DNA of 64,000 bases from Rebecca billardiae RCC1528 (GCA_965240325.2 OZ251237.1:620001-684000); one strand, 5' to 3'; positions 43,798-56,502 are shown, numbered from the stretch's first letter. The notes: generated by a model not told the origin, from the sequence alone. Made by a program: numbers and translations.

Positions 43798-44607
43798 TAG
43801 GGTGTGGGGGCAACACGGCAAAGTCCGCGCTAACGTTAGGTAGTTAGAGAAATTTTAGATAGGCGGGATCCGGCCCTATTTGAGCTCTAACGTGGGGGCC
43901 TCGCTCCGGAGGGCCCAGGTCGCGCTTACGAGGGGGGAATCTGGCTCTGTAAGGGCTCGCCGTAACGTTAGCTCCCCTAAGTGGGAGATCGCGTCGCCGC
44001 GACCTTTGATTCGCGCCGCGGCGCCGCAAAGGGCGCACGAGGACAGCTCGGCTCGCTGGCGCAGCGCCGCACGGAGGCGCGCGCGCGCAGCTCGCGAGTG
44101 CGCGCGCGCGCGTTCTCGCGCGTTCGTCGCGCGAGAAGAAGTCTTCGCGTTCGCGGCGCCTTCGTGCGACCAGAAGCCGACGTGGCCTACGTCGTGCGCT
44201 CTTGCGTGCGTGCCGGTGTGCCCGGCAAGCGTTGCGTGCGCGCCGTGCGCTCGCCGCGCTGGTGCACTCCTTGGAGAGCGCGCGGTTGGCGGGTCGCGCG
44301 AGCAGGGTGCCGTGCGTAGCGCTGCGAACGACGGGAGCTACCGCGGTCCGCACCCCTGCACGTGGCAATGAAAGCGCCAAGGTGGCTGAGCGAGCGCTGG
44401 CCCTCGCACGCGGTGGCGATGGTTCTTCTGGGCACCCTCGCCGCGTTTTGAATGCCGAGATTCAAGTCTCTAACGTAACAAAAGCGACCGTGCCCCCACC
44501 CTCATCCACGCTTTCCTTGGTAGGCTTCCGCTTACGTTTTCATATTCACCGGACAAATAGAGATCCTAACGTTAGCGCGGACTTTGCCGTGTTGCCCCCA
44601 CACCCTA
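43798..44607. mobile_element. MITE, 810 bp, perfect 43-bp TIRs
   Basis: TAGGGTGTGGGGGCAACACGGCAAAGTCCGCGCTAACGTTAGG at 43798-43840 is the exact reverse complement of 44565-44607. Subterminal TAACGT-like motifs. TSD ambiguous (TA or ATT). Confidence 0.93.
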
Positions 44608-44736
44608 TTGTTCTGCACCGTACCGTACTGTATACGTTCTATACTACTAGTAGAGGGTGAAGCCAGATACGGTTTGGGGCAACAATACAGCACAATGTTG
44701 AAGCGACGCGCAGTGCGGCTTCAGCGCGGCTTCACG

Positions 44737-45105
44737 CCCGCTGAAGCCCGCTGAAGCGGGCTGAAGCCGCGCTGAAGCCAGCATGGACGACGCGCCCGCG
44801 ACCGTCCGTGCTGCCATTCGCGCCGGCGCCGTCGCCATCGGCGACAGCCGGCGACAGCCGTCGCCATCGGCGACGGCGACACCCGTGCTCGCGCAGGTCA
44901 TTCCAGGCCGCGCTCCTTGCCGCCCCTCCCGCCCCTCTTGGCCCTCGGCGGCCCCTCTCCAGCGGCGGCGCCAGCGGCGCCGCCGCTGCCGGCGGCCGCG
45001 GCGCCGGCGAGGATGAGGAGGAGGAGGAGGAGGAGGAGGAGCCGCCCCGCCGGCGCTGGCGCGCGCAAGAGGAGGAGGAAGAGGAGGAGGAGGAGGAGCC
45101 CCGCC
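44737..45105. repeat. Low-complexity cluster: ~10-bp GCTGAAGC repeats, GCCGTCGCCATCGGCGAC duplication, two (GAG)n tracts
   Basis: Directly visible. Confidence 0.75.
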
Positions 45106-46694
45106 GCCCGCGCTCGTCTCGAGGGCGAGGTGGGAGCAAACGCGAGCGCGTGCCCCGCCCGGCTGGGTTGGGCGCGCCGCCGCGCAGCGGCGCGCCGCTG
45201 AGGGCGCGTGATGACGGCGAGGGGCGAGTGCGGGAATCGCTGCGCGGGACGACCGCGAGGGACCTTGCGGCAAGAGTAGGAGAGCGTCATGCCCCACCTC
45301 CCACCCCCAGCTCCACAGTCACCCCCACGGTCAGCCGCCATTGAGCAACATCGGCGGGCGGAAGCTGTGACCTTGATGATCACAGATCAGCCCAGATCAC
45401 AGATCAGCCCACCCACCGTGCATGCGGACCGCCGCGCGCGCGGGCAGCCAGAGATTCACCGCACGGCGACGATCATACGTATACTGTCTCATGTGCGGTA
45501 GCCTAAGCGCATAGTCTCCTTGCTGGCGGCAGCGGGGTGAGCGGACCAACCGAGCAGGCCTGAGGCTGCCGACTCCGTCCACGCGATTGCCCTCAGCCGA
45601 TTCGGGCGACCGGGCGCGGAGCGCGGCTCGACGCTCGGCGGGCTCCGCAGTCGCCATGCAGCTCAGCTCAGCCGTCGCCGCTCGGCGGTCACTGGCGATG
45701 GCACCTGCCGACCGCACACCGTGGCTATGTAAGGCATGGCGCTCTTCCACCAGCACCCCGCCGCTGCTGCCATTTGGAGCCGCAGGTCGCCGCGTCAGCC
45801 TGTTGCTGACGAGTGTGCGGCCAGGTAGCCCTGCACCAAGCAATGCTGGGCGGGGGCGCAGCGAGACCGCACGTCGCGGGGCCACACGCGGATGGGTCCG
45901 CGGCGAAGCACGGGTCGGCACACACTCCTCGCCAACTTGCCTCCGCCGAAGGGGGCGACTCAACGCCAGGGATCTCCGGATCACTTCACCACAGACGATC
46001 CGCCTTCTGCCATGCAGAGGCGCACCAGACGGGTGCTTGCACGTGTGCGCGTGCGGCGCTGTGGAGTCAGCAGAGAGGCCAGCGCTCACAGTGTCTACGG
46101 CCATCCATTCCTCATCACCCTCGTCCTCGCCCTCGTCGAATTCCTTGCCAGCCGGCAGCGCGCGCCTCATTCAAATCGCCGCGTGCACGTGGCCCAGGCG
46201 GACGCCGGGGGTCGGCGGGCCATCGCGTCAAGGCGGCTGGTCGGCAGGGCGCGGCACGTCGGCGACCGACTGGGACGCGCCCACTGTCGCCTCGCCACCC
46301 GCTAGACTGCGCGGATCGCCGCGACCGTGGCCACCGCGCGCCCGCTTCACCGGCTTCGTGCGGCTTCGCCGGGCGGCCGCACCCACCTATGCCGGCTTCA
46401 CGCGAGTCAAACATACCGTCACTGTATCTGTCAGGCCTACGCCATCGACACGCGCGGGTCCACCACGCCCGCGCACGCACTCATGTTGGCAGCGGGCGGC
46501 GTGGCCGGCCGCCATGCGGCGACGGGGGGACTAGTCCCGGACTTGGCGTTTGCCCAACGGGGGGGGGCCCGAAAAGATTCCTACTGCTCACCACTGTCTT
46601 GATGTTCTCGCGTCCGCAAGTGGGGCGGCTGGTGGGCAGTCCTTGGGCAGGCGTCACGCTGTCGACGTCGCGCCCAGACCAGTCCACCGCTTCG

Positions 46695-47603
46695 ATGCTG
46701 TCCATCGTGCTTGCCCTCGCAGGGGCCACCGCGCCGACGATGTCGCGCCTCGGCTTCTCCAAATACCATGGGCTGGGGAACGACTTCATCCTCGTGGACA
46801 ACCGCGCCTCGTCGGAGCTGCTGCTCTCTGCTGACGACGCAGTGCAGCTCTGCGACCGCAACTTTGGCATTGGGGGCGACGGAGTCATCTTCGTGACGCC
46901 CGCGGAGGGCGAGGCAGACTATGGCATGCGCATCATCAACTCGGACGGTTCCGAGCCGGAGATGTGTGGCAACGGCATCCGCTGCATGGCCAAGTACGTC
47001 GCTGATCTCGAGGGCAGGTCCACGCCGCACACGTACCGTATCTCGACGCTCGCGGGCATGATCGTCCCTGAGATCCGTGCGGATGGGCTGGTCACGGTGG
47101 ACATGGGGGAGCCGATCTTGGAAGGCAAGGATGTGCCGACGACGCTTCCGACGGACGAGCAGGGCCGGGTCATCGAGGCGCCGCTCGAGGTGGCGGGCAA
47201 GTCGTGGCAGGTGACGTGCGTGTCGATGGGCAACCCACACGCCATCGTCTTTGTCGACGCGCTCGACGACGAGTCGCTGCCGCTGCACACGATCGGGCCG
47301 CTCTTCGAGAAGAACGCGGTGTTCCCCGCGCGCACGAACACGGAGTTCGTGCAGGTGCTCTCGGACACTCATCTTAAGATGCGCGTGTGGGAGCGCGGCG
47401 CCGGGCCGACGCTTGCCTGTGGCACCGGCGCCTGCGCGCTTACTGTGGCAGCCGCGCTCGCTGGCAAGGCGTCGCGCAAGTGCACGGTGACGCTGCCGGG
47501 CGGCGACCTGGAGATCGAGTGGCGCGAGAGTGACAACAGGTGCCTCATGACGGGCCCTGCCGAGCTTGTCTTCCAAGGGCAGCTCTACAGCCCTGGCAAC
47601 TGA
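46695..47603 (+). CDS. dapF: Diaminopimelate epimerase, probably plastid-targeted
   Basis: [69 protein letters not shown]; short signal peptide [11 protein letters not shown]. Confidence 0.97.
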   Translation: MLSIVLALAGATAPTMSRLGFSKYHGLGNDFILVDNRASSELLLSADDAVQLCDRNFGIGGDGVIFVTPAEGEADYGMRIINSDGSEPEMCGNGIRCMAKYVADLEGRSTPHTYRISTLAGMIVPEIRADGLVTVDMGEPILEGKDVPTTLPTDEQGRVIEAPLEVAGKSWQVTCVSMGNPHAIVFVDALDDESLPLHTIGPLFEKNAVFPARTNTEFVQVLSDTHLKMRVWERGAGPTLACGTGACALTVAAALAGKASRKCTVTLPGGDLEIEWRESDNRCLMTGPAELVFQGQLYSPGN

Positions 47604-48139
47604 TTGAGTATGACGACTGGACACCAGTGCACGGTGACGGTGCCGGATCCAGCAGGCAGCAGCGGGCCAGCGGCACGGCGGACGCGGTGGACGGTGCGGG
47701 TGTTCAAAAAATAACAGTCAGCCTATAATGGGTATCATAGCTAGTCATAATCAATGATTAATGCTAAGCTTCAAAATATAACTATTATAAGCAGCACTCG
47801 GAATTAATAGTAGTAGTAGATTGTATTATTATAAATTAAATATTAAAATATAATAATATACTGCTATACTAATTCTACGCCCTGCATCATGCACTATTCA
47901 TGCAGTCTCGGCGGACCGTGATGGCTTGATGCGCTGTTGCAGTGTTGGCTCGTCGACGAGTTCGTCGTGCAACGTAAATCATCGCGGCTGACTCGGGAGT
48001 ACTAGTTGAGCCAGGCCGAACCTGCTGCTGACGAGCGTCTCGTGACCATCGCGATCCGCCGCGCTAGGTCTCCGGCGAGCGCCTCGTGACCCTTCGGCCT
48101 CCGCCGCATTCGCCCAGTGCCACCCGCGCGCCGGCGCGC

Positions 48140-49150
48140 TCATGGCAGGCTAAATAGGTGCAGCGCGTTGGAGTCGTACGCGCTCGCGGCGACAGAGGGC
48201 GCGCCGTTCTCGCCGTGGAAGGCGACGCCGCACAAAATCGCGTCCTGCACCTGCCAGAAGCAGACGTTCTTGACCTCGGCGCTGTCGCCGTCCTCCGCGA
48301 TGCTCCACACGCTCACGAAGGTGTCCTCCGACGCCGCCGCCACCAGCGGCTTGCTGGGGTGCACCGCGAGCGCGTTGATCCAGCGCGCGTGCGCAGCCAC
48401 TTTTGCCAGCTTGGCGCCAGATTCCGCGTGATGGACGTACAGCTCGCCGTTCGAGTATGAGCTGACGACCAGGCCGCGGCTTACGACCACGCTGGTGCAC
48501 GCGAGCTCGTCGACGACGATCCGGCGGCCCGCGAGGAACGTGTTGCCGTCGCTTGTGCTCCAGAGCTGCACCGCTCCCGCGCTGTCGGCGCGCGCAACGA
48601 GCACGCCGCCTGCGCTGCGCGGGCCTGTGCTGAGCTCGACGACAGGCGGCTCGTGCTCGGCAGGCGGCTTGGTCCGCAGCGTCTGCGCGAGGGTGAACTT
48701 GCCCTGCGAGCGGTCGTGATGGAACACGACCACCGCGCCGATCGACGTGCCCACGCACAGGCAGTCCACGCCGCCCGCGGTGAAGGAGCACAGGCCAGTA
48801 GTGTACGCATCATGCGCGGCAATCTCTGCCGGCGCCTTGGCGACTAGCGTCGGGAGCGGCGCCCAGAGGAACATACGCTTGGCGTCGGCGCTCCAGACCT
48901 GCAGGCCAGTCTTGAGCGCGAGGGCGAGGTAGGGCGCCCCCCCCTCGAACACGCACCACTTGCTCTGCATCACGAGGGCGCCATCCTCTGTCGCGACCGT
49001 GCCGACGTTCGCCGAGCTGCCGCTGAGCTTGGAGTTGACGACCTTCGCTTTGGACTGGCTGGCGAAGGCGAGGAGCGCTCCGCTCGACGAGAGGTTGTTC
49101 AGCACGAGGGACGCGCTGCTGTCGGCTGTGCACGTTGTCGGCGACGCCAT
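48140..49150 (-). CDS. WDR54: WD40 repeat protein, WDR54-like
   Basis: SASLVLNNLS, QSKWC, LCVGT, YSNGELYVH, AHARWINAL, ASEDTFVSVW, DAILCGVAF and AYD recall WDR54 motifs. Confidence 0.85.
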   Translation of the reverse strand: MASPTTCTADSSASLVLNNLSSSGALLAFASQSKAKVVNSKLSGSSANVGTVATEDGALVMQSKWCVFEGGAPYLALALKTGLQVWSADAKRMFLWAPLPTLVAKAPAEIAAHDAYTTGLCSFTAGGVDCLCVGTSIGAVVVFHHDRSQGKFTLAQTLRTKPPAEHEPPVVELSTGPRSAGGVLVARADSAGAVQLWSTSDGNTFLAGRRIVVDELACTSVVVSRGLVVSSYSNGELYVHHAESGAKLAKVAAHARWINALAVHPSKPLVAAASEDTFVSVWSIAEDGDSAEVKNVCFWQVQDAILCGVAFHGENGAPSVAASAYDSNALHLFSLP

Positions 49151-49586
49151 GGGGAGCGGGTGGACCACGCGGACGAGGATGGCGGCGCGAATGGCCTGAT
49201 GGTCCGGTGTGCGATCTGGGATTCTGGGTCCGGGTTGATTGATTGATGAGTGAATCTGGAATCAACCCAAAAAGAAAAGGCGGGGAAAAGAAAATGTCTT
49301 TCGTGCCTCTCCGAGAGCTCGCCGAGGCGTCCATAGTCAGTTTGGGGCCATAGTGTTCTGGGCTCTGCGCCCGAACCCTGGCCTTCGCGCAGGCAATCGC
49401 CCTCGGCAGTCCGCTTGGGCGATGGCGCAGCCTGATGGAACCAGGTCGGTGAACCCGGTCGGTGTGTCGCTTGACAAAGTTTACTTAGGAATAAGAGACT
49501 CAGAGAGACGGCCTTGCGCGAGCGACCAGCGCAGCCGCACCCAGCGCAGCCGCGCTCTCGCGCGGCGCGGCAGGGGGCGTGCCGGC

Positions 49587-52500
49587 ATGTCTCACCAGCC
49601 ACTCACGCCGCAGATGTTGCTACAGGCCGCATGCAACCGGCTTGGCTTCGTCTACGCAGGTGCGCGCGGGCCGCACCACGTCGCACCGACAGCAGCACGC
49701 GCGCGCATGCCATGCGCGCGGCGCATCAGGCAGGGGAAGCGTGCGCATCCCGTGGGGAATCAGCGCATGGGGGCGCGGCACTCGGCGGCTGGGGTGTGGG
49801 GCGGCGCAGGTGGCACCCCTCTGACGCGCACGCCGCGCGCCGTCGCCGCATATGCCCATTGGACCGCGCCACGAGCAGAGATTTGGCGGCCGCGCACGTC
49901 GAACAATGGTGCGCGCCTTGCGCGGCACCCCGCAGGCTGGCCTCGTTGCTGGATGGGCCTGCTGCATGCGTGTTGCAGCGTGCTCACGCACGCTCCCGCA
50001 TCGCGACACGTCCGCTCCCCGGCCCTGCGCGCAGGCACCATGCTCTGCCTCTTTGCGACCTCGGCCAACGAGGAGGACGCGGATGACCCGATGCGAGCGT
50101 TTGCGTCAGAGAGCCGACGCATCAGCCTGTCCTCCGGCTCGGGGCTGCCGGGGCGTGTATGGGCGACGCGGCAGGTGCGGCGCGTGCATGCGCCCGCGCG
50201 CGCGGCGCACCGCGCCCCGGCGCTGGGCACCTCGCCGCGCCGAGGGTCACGCGCCGCCCGACGGGCCGCTTGCCCGCTTGCCCGGCGCGCGTGTCCGGCG
50301 GCCCGCACACGCGCCGCGCGCGGCCGCCCCGCCATCCCCGCCCTGCGCTCACCCGAGCATCCCCGCTGCGACCCTCGCGCGCACCCCCGCGCCTGCCGCA
50401 GCCGGAGTGGTCCATCGACGTTCGCGAGACGCCATCCAACCGCTTCGTGCGAGTTTCGATCGGTGCGAGGCTTCGCGCGGGCGCGCGCTCCATTGAGCAT
50501 GCGCGCACCCGCGGCCGCGCGCGCGCGGACGGAGGGCTGAGGGAGGTGCTGGGGCGCCGGGCAGCGGTGGAGAAGGGAGCGAACCCTGCCGCATTGCGCG
50601 ACGCCACGCACGCGGATCGGGAATCAACCTGCCACACCGCCCGCCGCAGCGGGACACGCGCGCGCTCGTGCCCCAGAGACTGGCCGGGAGCGCCCGGCGC
50701 GCGCGCTCTGCGCCCCAACTCACCCGCGCTGCTGCCCGCGGCGCCGCTCCTGCGCGTGCACGCGCGCGCGCAGCCAAGACATCCGGGCTCGCAGCCGCCG
50801 TGGGCATCCCGCTGCTCTCGCCCGCCGACAGCAGCTTCGTCGGCGTCGCCGTCTTCTTTGCGCAGCAGCGCGCTCAGTCGACGGTGCAGATTATGCAGGC
50901 GCTGGGTAATGTGGGTGCGATGCTGGCCTACCACCTGACCGGCGCGACCGGCGGCGCGCCAGGCGGCGGCATCGGCATGGGCGCGGGCATGGGCGCGGGC
51001 GCGGGCGCGGCGCAGCTGGCGGCGCTGCAGCACCACGCGGCCGTGCGCTCCGCGGAGGGCGCGCGCTCCACTCTGAACAGCGAGGACTGCTCGCACGCGC
51101 ACGCGCACTCGGATGCGCAGCAGGGCGCGCGGCAGGCGCACGCGCACGGCGGCGGCGCGCGCTCGCACGCGATGAGCGGCGTGGGCGGCGGCGGCGCGGA
51201 GCTGACGCCACCGGCCGCGGCCGCGGCCCAGCCGCCCTCTCTGCCCGCGCACGTGCAGATGGCACCGCCGGCCGCACCAGGCGGGCCGCAGGCGCTCCAG
51301 GCGAGCGTGGCGCACGCGTGCAAGCAGCCCGCCGCCCTCGCGCCGTCGCCGCTGCAGGGCGCGTGCACGAGCGCGCCGTCGGCGGTGGCCGCGGCCGGCG
51401 GTGCTGCCACGCCCGTCGATCGCGACGCGGACATGTCCGCCCTCACCGAGTTCGTCGGCTCCGTCTCCCACCTCATCCAGCTCGCTATGCTGCAGGCTGG
51501 ACGCGAGGGTCCGAGCACAGCCCTCGACGGCATGGCCGCCCAGCTGGGGCAGCTGCTGCACGCGCTGCTCGTGAAGCGAGGGCGCGTGCCGCCGGGCGCG
51601 ACGCAGCAGCTCTCGCGCACGGCGCGGCCGGCGGGCGGCGAGCCGGCGAGCGCAGCCGCGGCGCCCAAGCCCGCGCCTGCCGCCCCCGCTGTCAAGGTAG
51701 ACTCCGAGTCGACAGCAGCCGGCGCGGCGCCCAAGCCTGGTCAGTGCAGCGGCGCCGACGGCGCGCCTGCGCCGCCGCGCGCCGCCGCGCCGGCGTGTGA
51801 CGCCGCGGGAGGCGCGACGGCGGGCGCGGCGGGCGCGGCGAATCGCGCGAGCGAAGATCGTGGCGGCGGCGGCGGCGGCGACGAGGCCGAGGGCGGCGGC
51901 AGCGGCGGCGGCGGCGGCGGCGGCGGCGGTGAGAGCACGGGAGTGAATGCGCCGCGCGGCGCGCGCGCCGGCGGCGGTGCCGCCGCCGCGCCGGCAGGCG
52001 AGGGCGGAGGGAGCGGCGGCCTTGCCATCCCCGAGCATCACGGCAACAGCCTCTTCGCCGGCGCGTACAAGCACGGCACCTCGCCGCTCTTCGGCGGCTT
52101 CATGGCTGGCCGATCTCCGCTCTTCAGATCGAAGCCGTCCACGATTGGCGGCGCGGGCGGCTCGGGCGGCCATGCTGATGTCGAGGAGCTGCTCGAGCTC
52201 GACCTCGCCTCGCTCGTCGATTTCGTCGAGTCGCATGACGTGGACATCGGCGAGGGGAGCACCGAGGGCGGCGCGGCCGGCGGCGCCGGCGGCACCGGCG
52301 GCGCGGCCGGGTACGGCTCGCTCGTCGGCGGCGCGCGCGCCGGCGCGGCCGCGGGCGCCGACCACGGCCACCATCTGCACGGCATGTCGGGCTTCGAGGT
52401 GGACGTTGGGCGGCACGACATGAGCGACGGCGGCGGGCGCAACGGCGAGGGCTCGGACCCGGCGTCGCCGGCGAATAAGCCGCGGCGCGTGCGCAAGGGG

Positions 52501-52857
52501 AAGGAGCTCTCCTTCGCCGACGTCTCGAGCCACTTCGACCTGCCCCTCACGCAGGCGGCCGAGAGGCTGAACGTTTGCGTCACGCTCGTGAAGCGAGTGT
52601 GCCGCGAGAACGGCGTCTCGCGCTGGCCGTACCGCAAGCTGCAGTCGCGGAAGAAGAAGGAGCGCATCGCGCGCGAGGCGACGCAGGGCGGCATGGGCAT
52701 GATGCCGCCGCCGTCCGGCGCGCTCATGCCGCCCTCGGGCATGCCCTTCAGCGTCTCCACCGCGCAGGGCGCCGGCGTGATGCCAACGGCTTGGATGATG
52801 AACGGCGGCGCTGGCTGGGGCGGCATGCCCGCGCACTGGCCACCGCTCGGCTCGTGA
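49587..52857 (+). CDS. RWP-RK transcription factor with N-terminal GAF-like domain (NLP/NIT2-like), no PB1
   Basis: GAF-like EIW..GSGLPGRVWATRQPEW..AVGIPL; RWP-RK HFDLPLTQAAERLNVCVTLVKRVCRENGVSRWPYRKL. Introns 49660-49878, 49909-50034, 50175-50401, 50463-50773. Confidence 0.92.
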
Positions 52858-53640
52858 GCGCCGCGCGCACGGTGGCTCGTCGCGCGCGGCGTGCCCTCGA
52901 GCATCGCTCGGGCACGCATCTGTACACTTGCTACGTGACCAATGCACTCCGGACTGGCGTCGGCAGGCCGAGGTCGGAGCCGATCCGAATCGGATCGGGT
53001 CGCACCATCACGCATTCTACCGACGACGGCTGCGCAGGCGCTGGTCTGTCTCTGGCGTGTTCGCCTTCGGATGACGACATGGCATCAGTTGTCACATGAT
53101 GAGGCTGCTTTATCATTGACCGAATCAGCAGTACATGTACATGTACGACATCCGATGCGCATGTAATCGATGACGATTAATATCATTAATAATTCACTCG
53201 CGCAACAGAACAGTATATTTATTTATCGATTTTTGTACATATACGTGCGACATGTGTATATACACATCAGGCCGGCGCGCGGCGACGCGTACTAGTACTA
53301 CGACCTCATTACCTCATCCAGGCGCCAACGCGGACGCACGGGGGCGACAGCCGCGGCTGCCGCTAGTGAGTAGTGCCGGAGCTACTCGCCGCTAGGTGGC
53401 GGCGGGCGGCGACATCGACTACGACCTCACCCTCATCCAAGTGCTCCGGAAGGCGCTCGGCCGCGGCGGCATCTGCCGTCGCCGCCGCGTGCCCCAGGAC
53501 CAGGTCGAGGCGGAGCTCCATCCCGGACCCGGCCCCGCTCCCTTAGGGGGGCAGGGCTGCGGGTGGCGCACAGTGTCTGACCTGGACGGAAGGCGCGGAC
53601 GCATTCTATGTGTCTGCTGCGTTATGCGTACACTCTGAGC

Positions 53641-53690
53641 CTGACGCTTGCCCGTTGCTGCCACTACGTCGTTAAATATATATATATATA
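53641..53690 (+). repeat. Dispersed ~45 bp motif running into (TA)n
   Basis: CTGACGCTTGCCCGTTGCTGCCACTACGTCGTTAAATATATA; related copies at 14043-14090 and 56217-56257. Confidence 0.6.
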
Positions 53691-53890
53691 TATATGTGTG
53701 TGTATCGATAGATATATTATATGTGTGTCATATTTATTACTATTATTAGGACGCATATACATAATTTATTATTAATTATGTAATTAACGATTAGCTACTA
53801 TGAGTCTTTAAATAATGTCGCGTCACTCTTTATTATTATTATATTCTTTGCCGCCAACCGACAGACAAAGCTACTAGCTATAGGCAGTTA

Positions 53891-53942
53891 CCGTTTACTA
53901 TGTTTTAACGTGCACACTTGGTTAATAAGGCGTGATTGACGC
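53891..53942 (+). mobile_element. Left-type end of the CAGTTTACTA family
   Basis: TA|CCGTTTACTATGTTTTAACGTGCACACTTGGTTAATAAGGCGTGATTGACGC; near-identical to 56009-56056. Confidence 0.75.
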
Positions 53943-54198
53943 TACTAGCTGCTGACTGAGTGACCGTGACTAGTGAACCGGGCGCGGCGCGGGCCACTCG
54001 GTTGGCCCGCACGACTGCACTCGACATGGGCCGCAGGGCCAGACCAAAGCGGAGTGTTGTCGACTGCTCAGTGCAGCCTACTTAGCCGCGCACGCCGACG
54101 GCCCCGAGTCGCTCGTGCTGTCCGCCTCGAGAAGGAACAAGAAGACGGAACATCAGACTGCCATCAATCGATCGCGCACTCCGCAGGCGGTGCCCGCC

Positions 54199-55343
54199 TC
54201 ACCACCGAAGCGATGGTGAGGCGGGCAGCCGCACCGTCGGCAGCTTGACAGGCGGCTCATAGATGTGCGAATAGCGCTCGGGCAGGCCGACGCGCACGAG
54301 TGCAGTCGAGGGCTCGCCGAGCTCGAGAATCGACGGCTCGTCCTCGAGATATCGCCCTGGCTGCGCGCTCGAGTGCTGCGGCTCGGGCGGAATGTCGGGG
54401 AGGGTGAGCACGGGCGACGTGACCGTGTACATGCGCTCGTCGCTGGGCAGCTTGCGCTGTTCGCGCTGCCGCCTGCAGGTCGCGGTGGCGTATGGGCGAG
54501 GGGGGAGGGGCGCCTCAGAACCGCACGGCGCGTATTCAGCACACCGTGCATCGCGCAGTCTTGTGCACACGTGCGCGCGCGCGCGCACCTGTACAGCTGC
54601 TGCTCGGCGAGGTGGCGCTTGAAGAAGCGCGCCTGCGAGCTCTGCTGCGCCAGGTCCTGTATCTTGCGCTGCTTCCACTCCTTGAACTTGTGCTCGTGCT
54701 CCGAGTGCAGCATGGCCGCCTCGTTGGCGTGCCTGAACAGCATGTGGTTGCGCCGCAGCTGCAGCTGCTCGACCAGCAGGTCGCGGTTGCGCAGCTTGTC
54801 GAGGCGGCGCATGTGCTTCACGTCGGACTGCACAGCGGCAGCCTCGGTGTACTTCTCCCGGGCCGCCAGCGCGCGCAGCTTCTGCGAGAGCTCGAGGATC
54901 TGAGTTGAGTCCTTTCGTTGAGTCCATCGCTCCGTCACCTCGGCCTCCAGCTGAGCCAGCTCGCTCGCGTGGCGGGCTCGTTGCTCCTCGTCCTCGCGCT
55001 TGCACCGCTCGAGGAGCTGCTTATGTTTCGCCTCCCATGTCTCCTCCGCGACCCGCCGCTTGTTGTCCAGCTTCTGCTCCAGCGCGCTCATAGCTGCGGC
55101 GTCGTCCTCCTCTGATCGGTCGTTCGAGAGCCGCCGCACGCGATCCTTCCCTTTCTTCGAGCGCTCCAGCAGCTCTGCCGCCTCGCGCCACTCGCCGCGC
55201 TTTGCGGCTTCATGCGCGCGGTCTCGTAGCTCGTCGAAGTCCACCTGGCTCCACGTCCTGGACGACGCAGAGAGGTGCACGGGGAGCGAGGAGTACGATG
55301 CCGACATCATGATGCTCCGCGCGCGGACCGCGCGTGTAACCAT
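54199..55343 (-). CDS. Uncharacterised coiled-coil protein
   Basis: Charged heptads (KDSTQILELSQKLRALAAREKYTEAAAVQ). Intron 54473-54588. Start could be ATG 55310. Confidence 0.75.
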
Positions 55344-55594
55344 GCCCAGTACCAGTAACAGCCAAAAACACGATGGCGCCGGGACTTGAGACGAATCACG
55401 GATTTGGGGTGATGAGCGCGGAAGTGAAAGCGCATCGCGCGGGGGGGGCGCCGCGGGCGGGTCCACTTTTTGATTGACGGCCGGCGATGCCGATGGCGGG
55501 GTGCCGCTTATCTCCACGAGGAGCCGCGCAGGCGCCCGCACGTCCTGAGAGTGCGTCCGAGAGACTTGCCTTGACCGCGGAACGCGCGGGCACG

Positions 55595-55645
55595 GTCAAA
55601 TCTCGCCTGCCTGAGCTGTGTGCGTCTCTTATTCTTAGTAAACTG
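55595..55645 (-). mobile_element. Right-type end of the CAGTTTACTA family
   Basis: Identical over 46 bp to 23538-23583; followed by TA. Confidence 0.8.
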
Positions 55646-56008
55646 TATTGCAGTAGCGACTTCACTCCGGCAACGATGACATCGGCCGGCCCTACCGGTA
55701 CGGCACACTCAGTGGGGCTCTGAACTGGCTCTTAGTCAAGGCTCACTCGGACTGTGTGATCAGTGCCGCCACCTGCGAGGTTGTCCGATCTGACTGTTGT
55801 CATCCTGTGGCACTCTAAGATGTGGCGTCGCAGCCGCGGTCTCCGATGTCTTGCAAGTACAGTAGACTTCAGTTACACAGGCTGCGCCGCGCCTGAATCA
55901 AAGCCTCTCGCGGGTCAGTGGTCACGCGGGCGGGCGGCGGCCTGGCCGAACTATGAATTGTGATTTGTGGCAGCGGCAGGTCGCGGCCCCCGGCGCGTAC
56001 AGTTAGTA

Positions 56009-56056
56009 CGTTTACTATGTTTTAACGTGCACACTTGGTTAAGGCGTGATTGACGC
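56009..56056 (+). mobile_element. Left-type end of the CAGTTTACTA family
   Basis: Near-identical to 53892-53942; preceded by TA. Confidence 0.75.
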
Positions 56057-56502
56057 CATCCAACACTGCACAAAGTCACCGCCACAAAATAGACCGGCGC
56101 AGGCAGGTGGCGGGGGCGCGTACGTTACGCATCATCAGCTTTTCGCAGCCCGGCCAGCGGCGCGGCCCGTCGTGACCTATTGTGAGTATATTATTTGAGT
56201 ATATTTCAGTATATATCGCTTGCATGCCCGTTGCATACCACGTCGGTAAATATATATTTGTTACTGAGGTTATAACTATAGACTCTGAAAGTATAGCAGC
56301 AGTAGGCTGGCTAGCTGGCAGCGCCGTCGCAGAACATCACGCGCTACTCTACACCGTGTACACGGCTAACCGATCACAACAAGTAACATCTCGCGCGGCG
56401 CGAGTCTATCTGCTGCTATCATGGTATATATATATACATAGCAGCGTTGATGATGACTACGAGCACGATTTGATGATGCTCATCTAATCGGCGCCGAATC
56501 AT

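Noticed and set aside
45397-46540. Acidic peptide [13 protein letters not shown] and long ORFs upstream of dapF
   Set aside because: The frame is interrupted by stops and has no recognisable family; at most a relic.
42937-47603. Recent bacterial transfer or contamination (engB, dapF)
   Set aside because: Both carry eukaryotic targeting extensions and host codon usage; they are ordinary organellar genes.
53290-53638. Short ORF DYDLTLIQVLRKALGRGG with a local duplication
   Set aside because: Too short to assign; probably a fragment.
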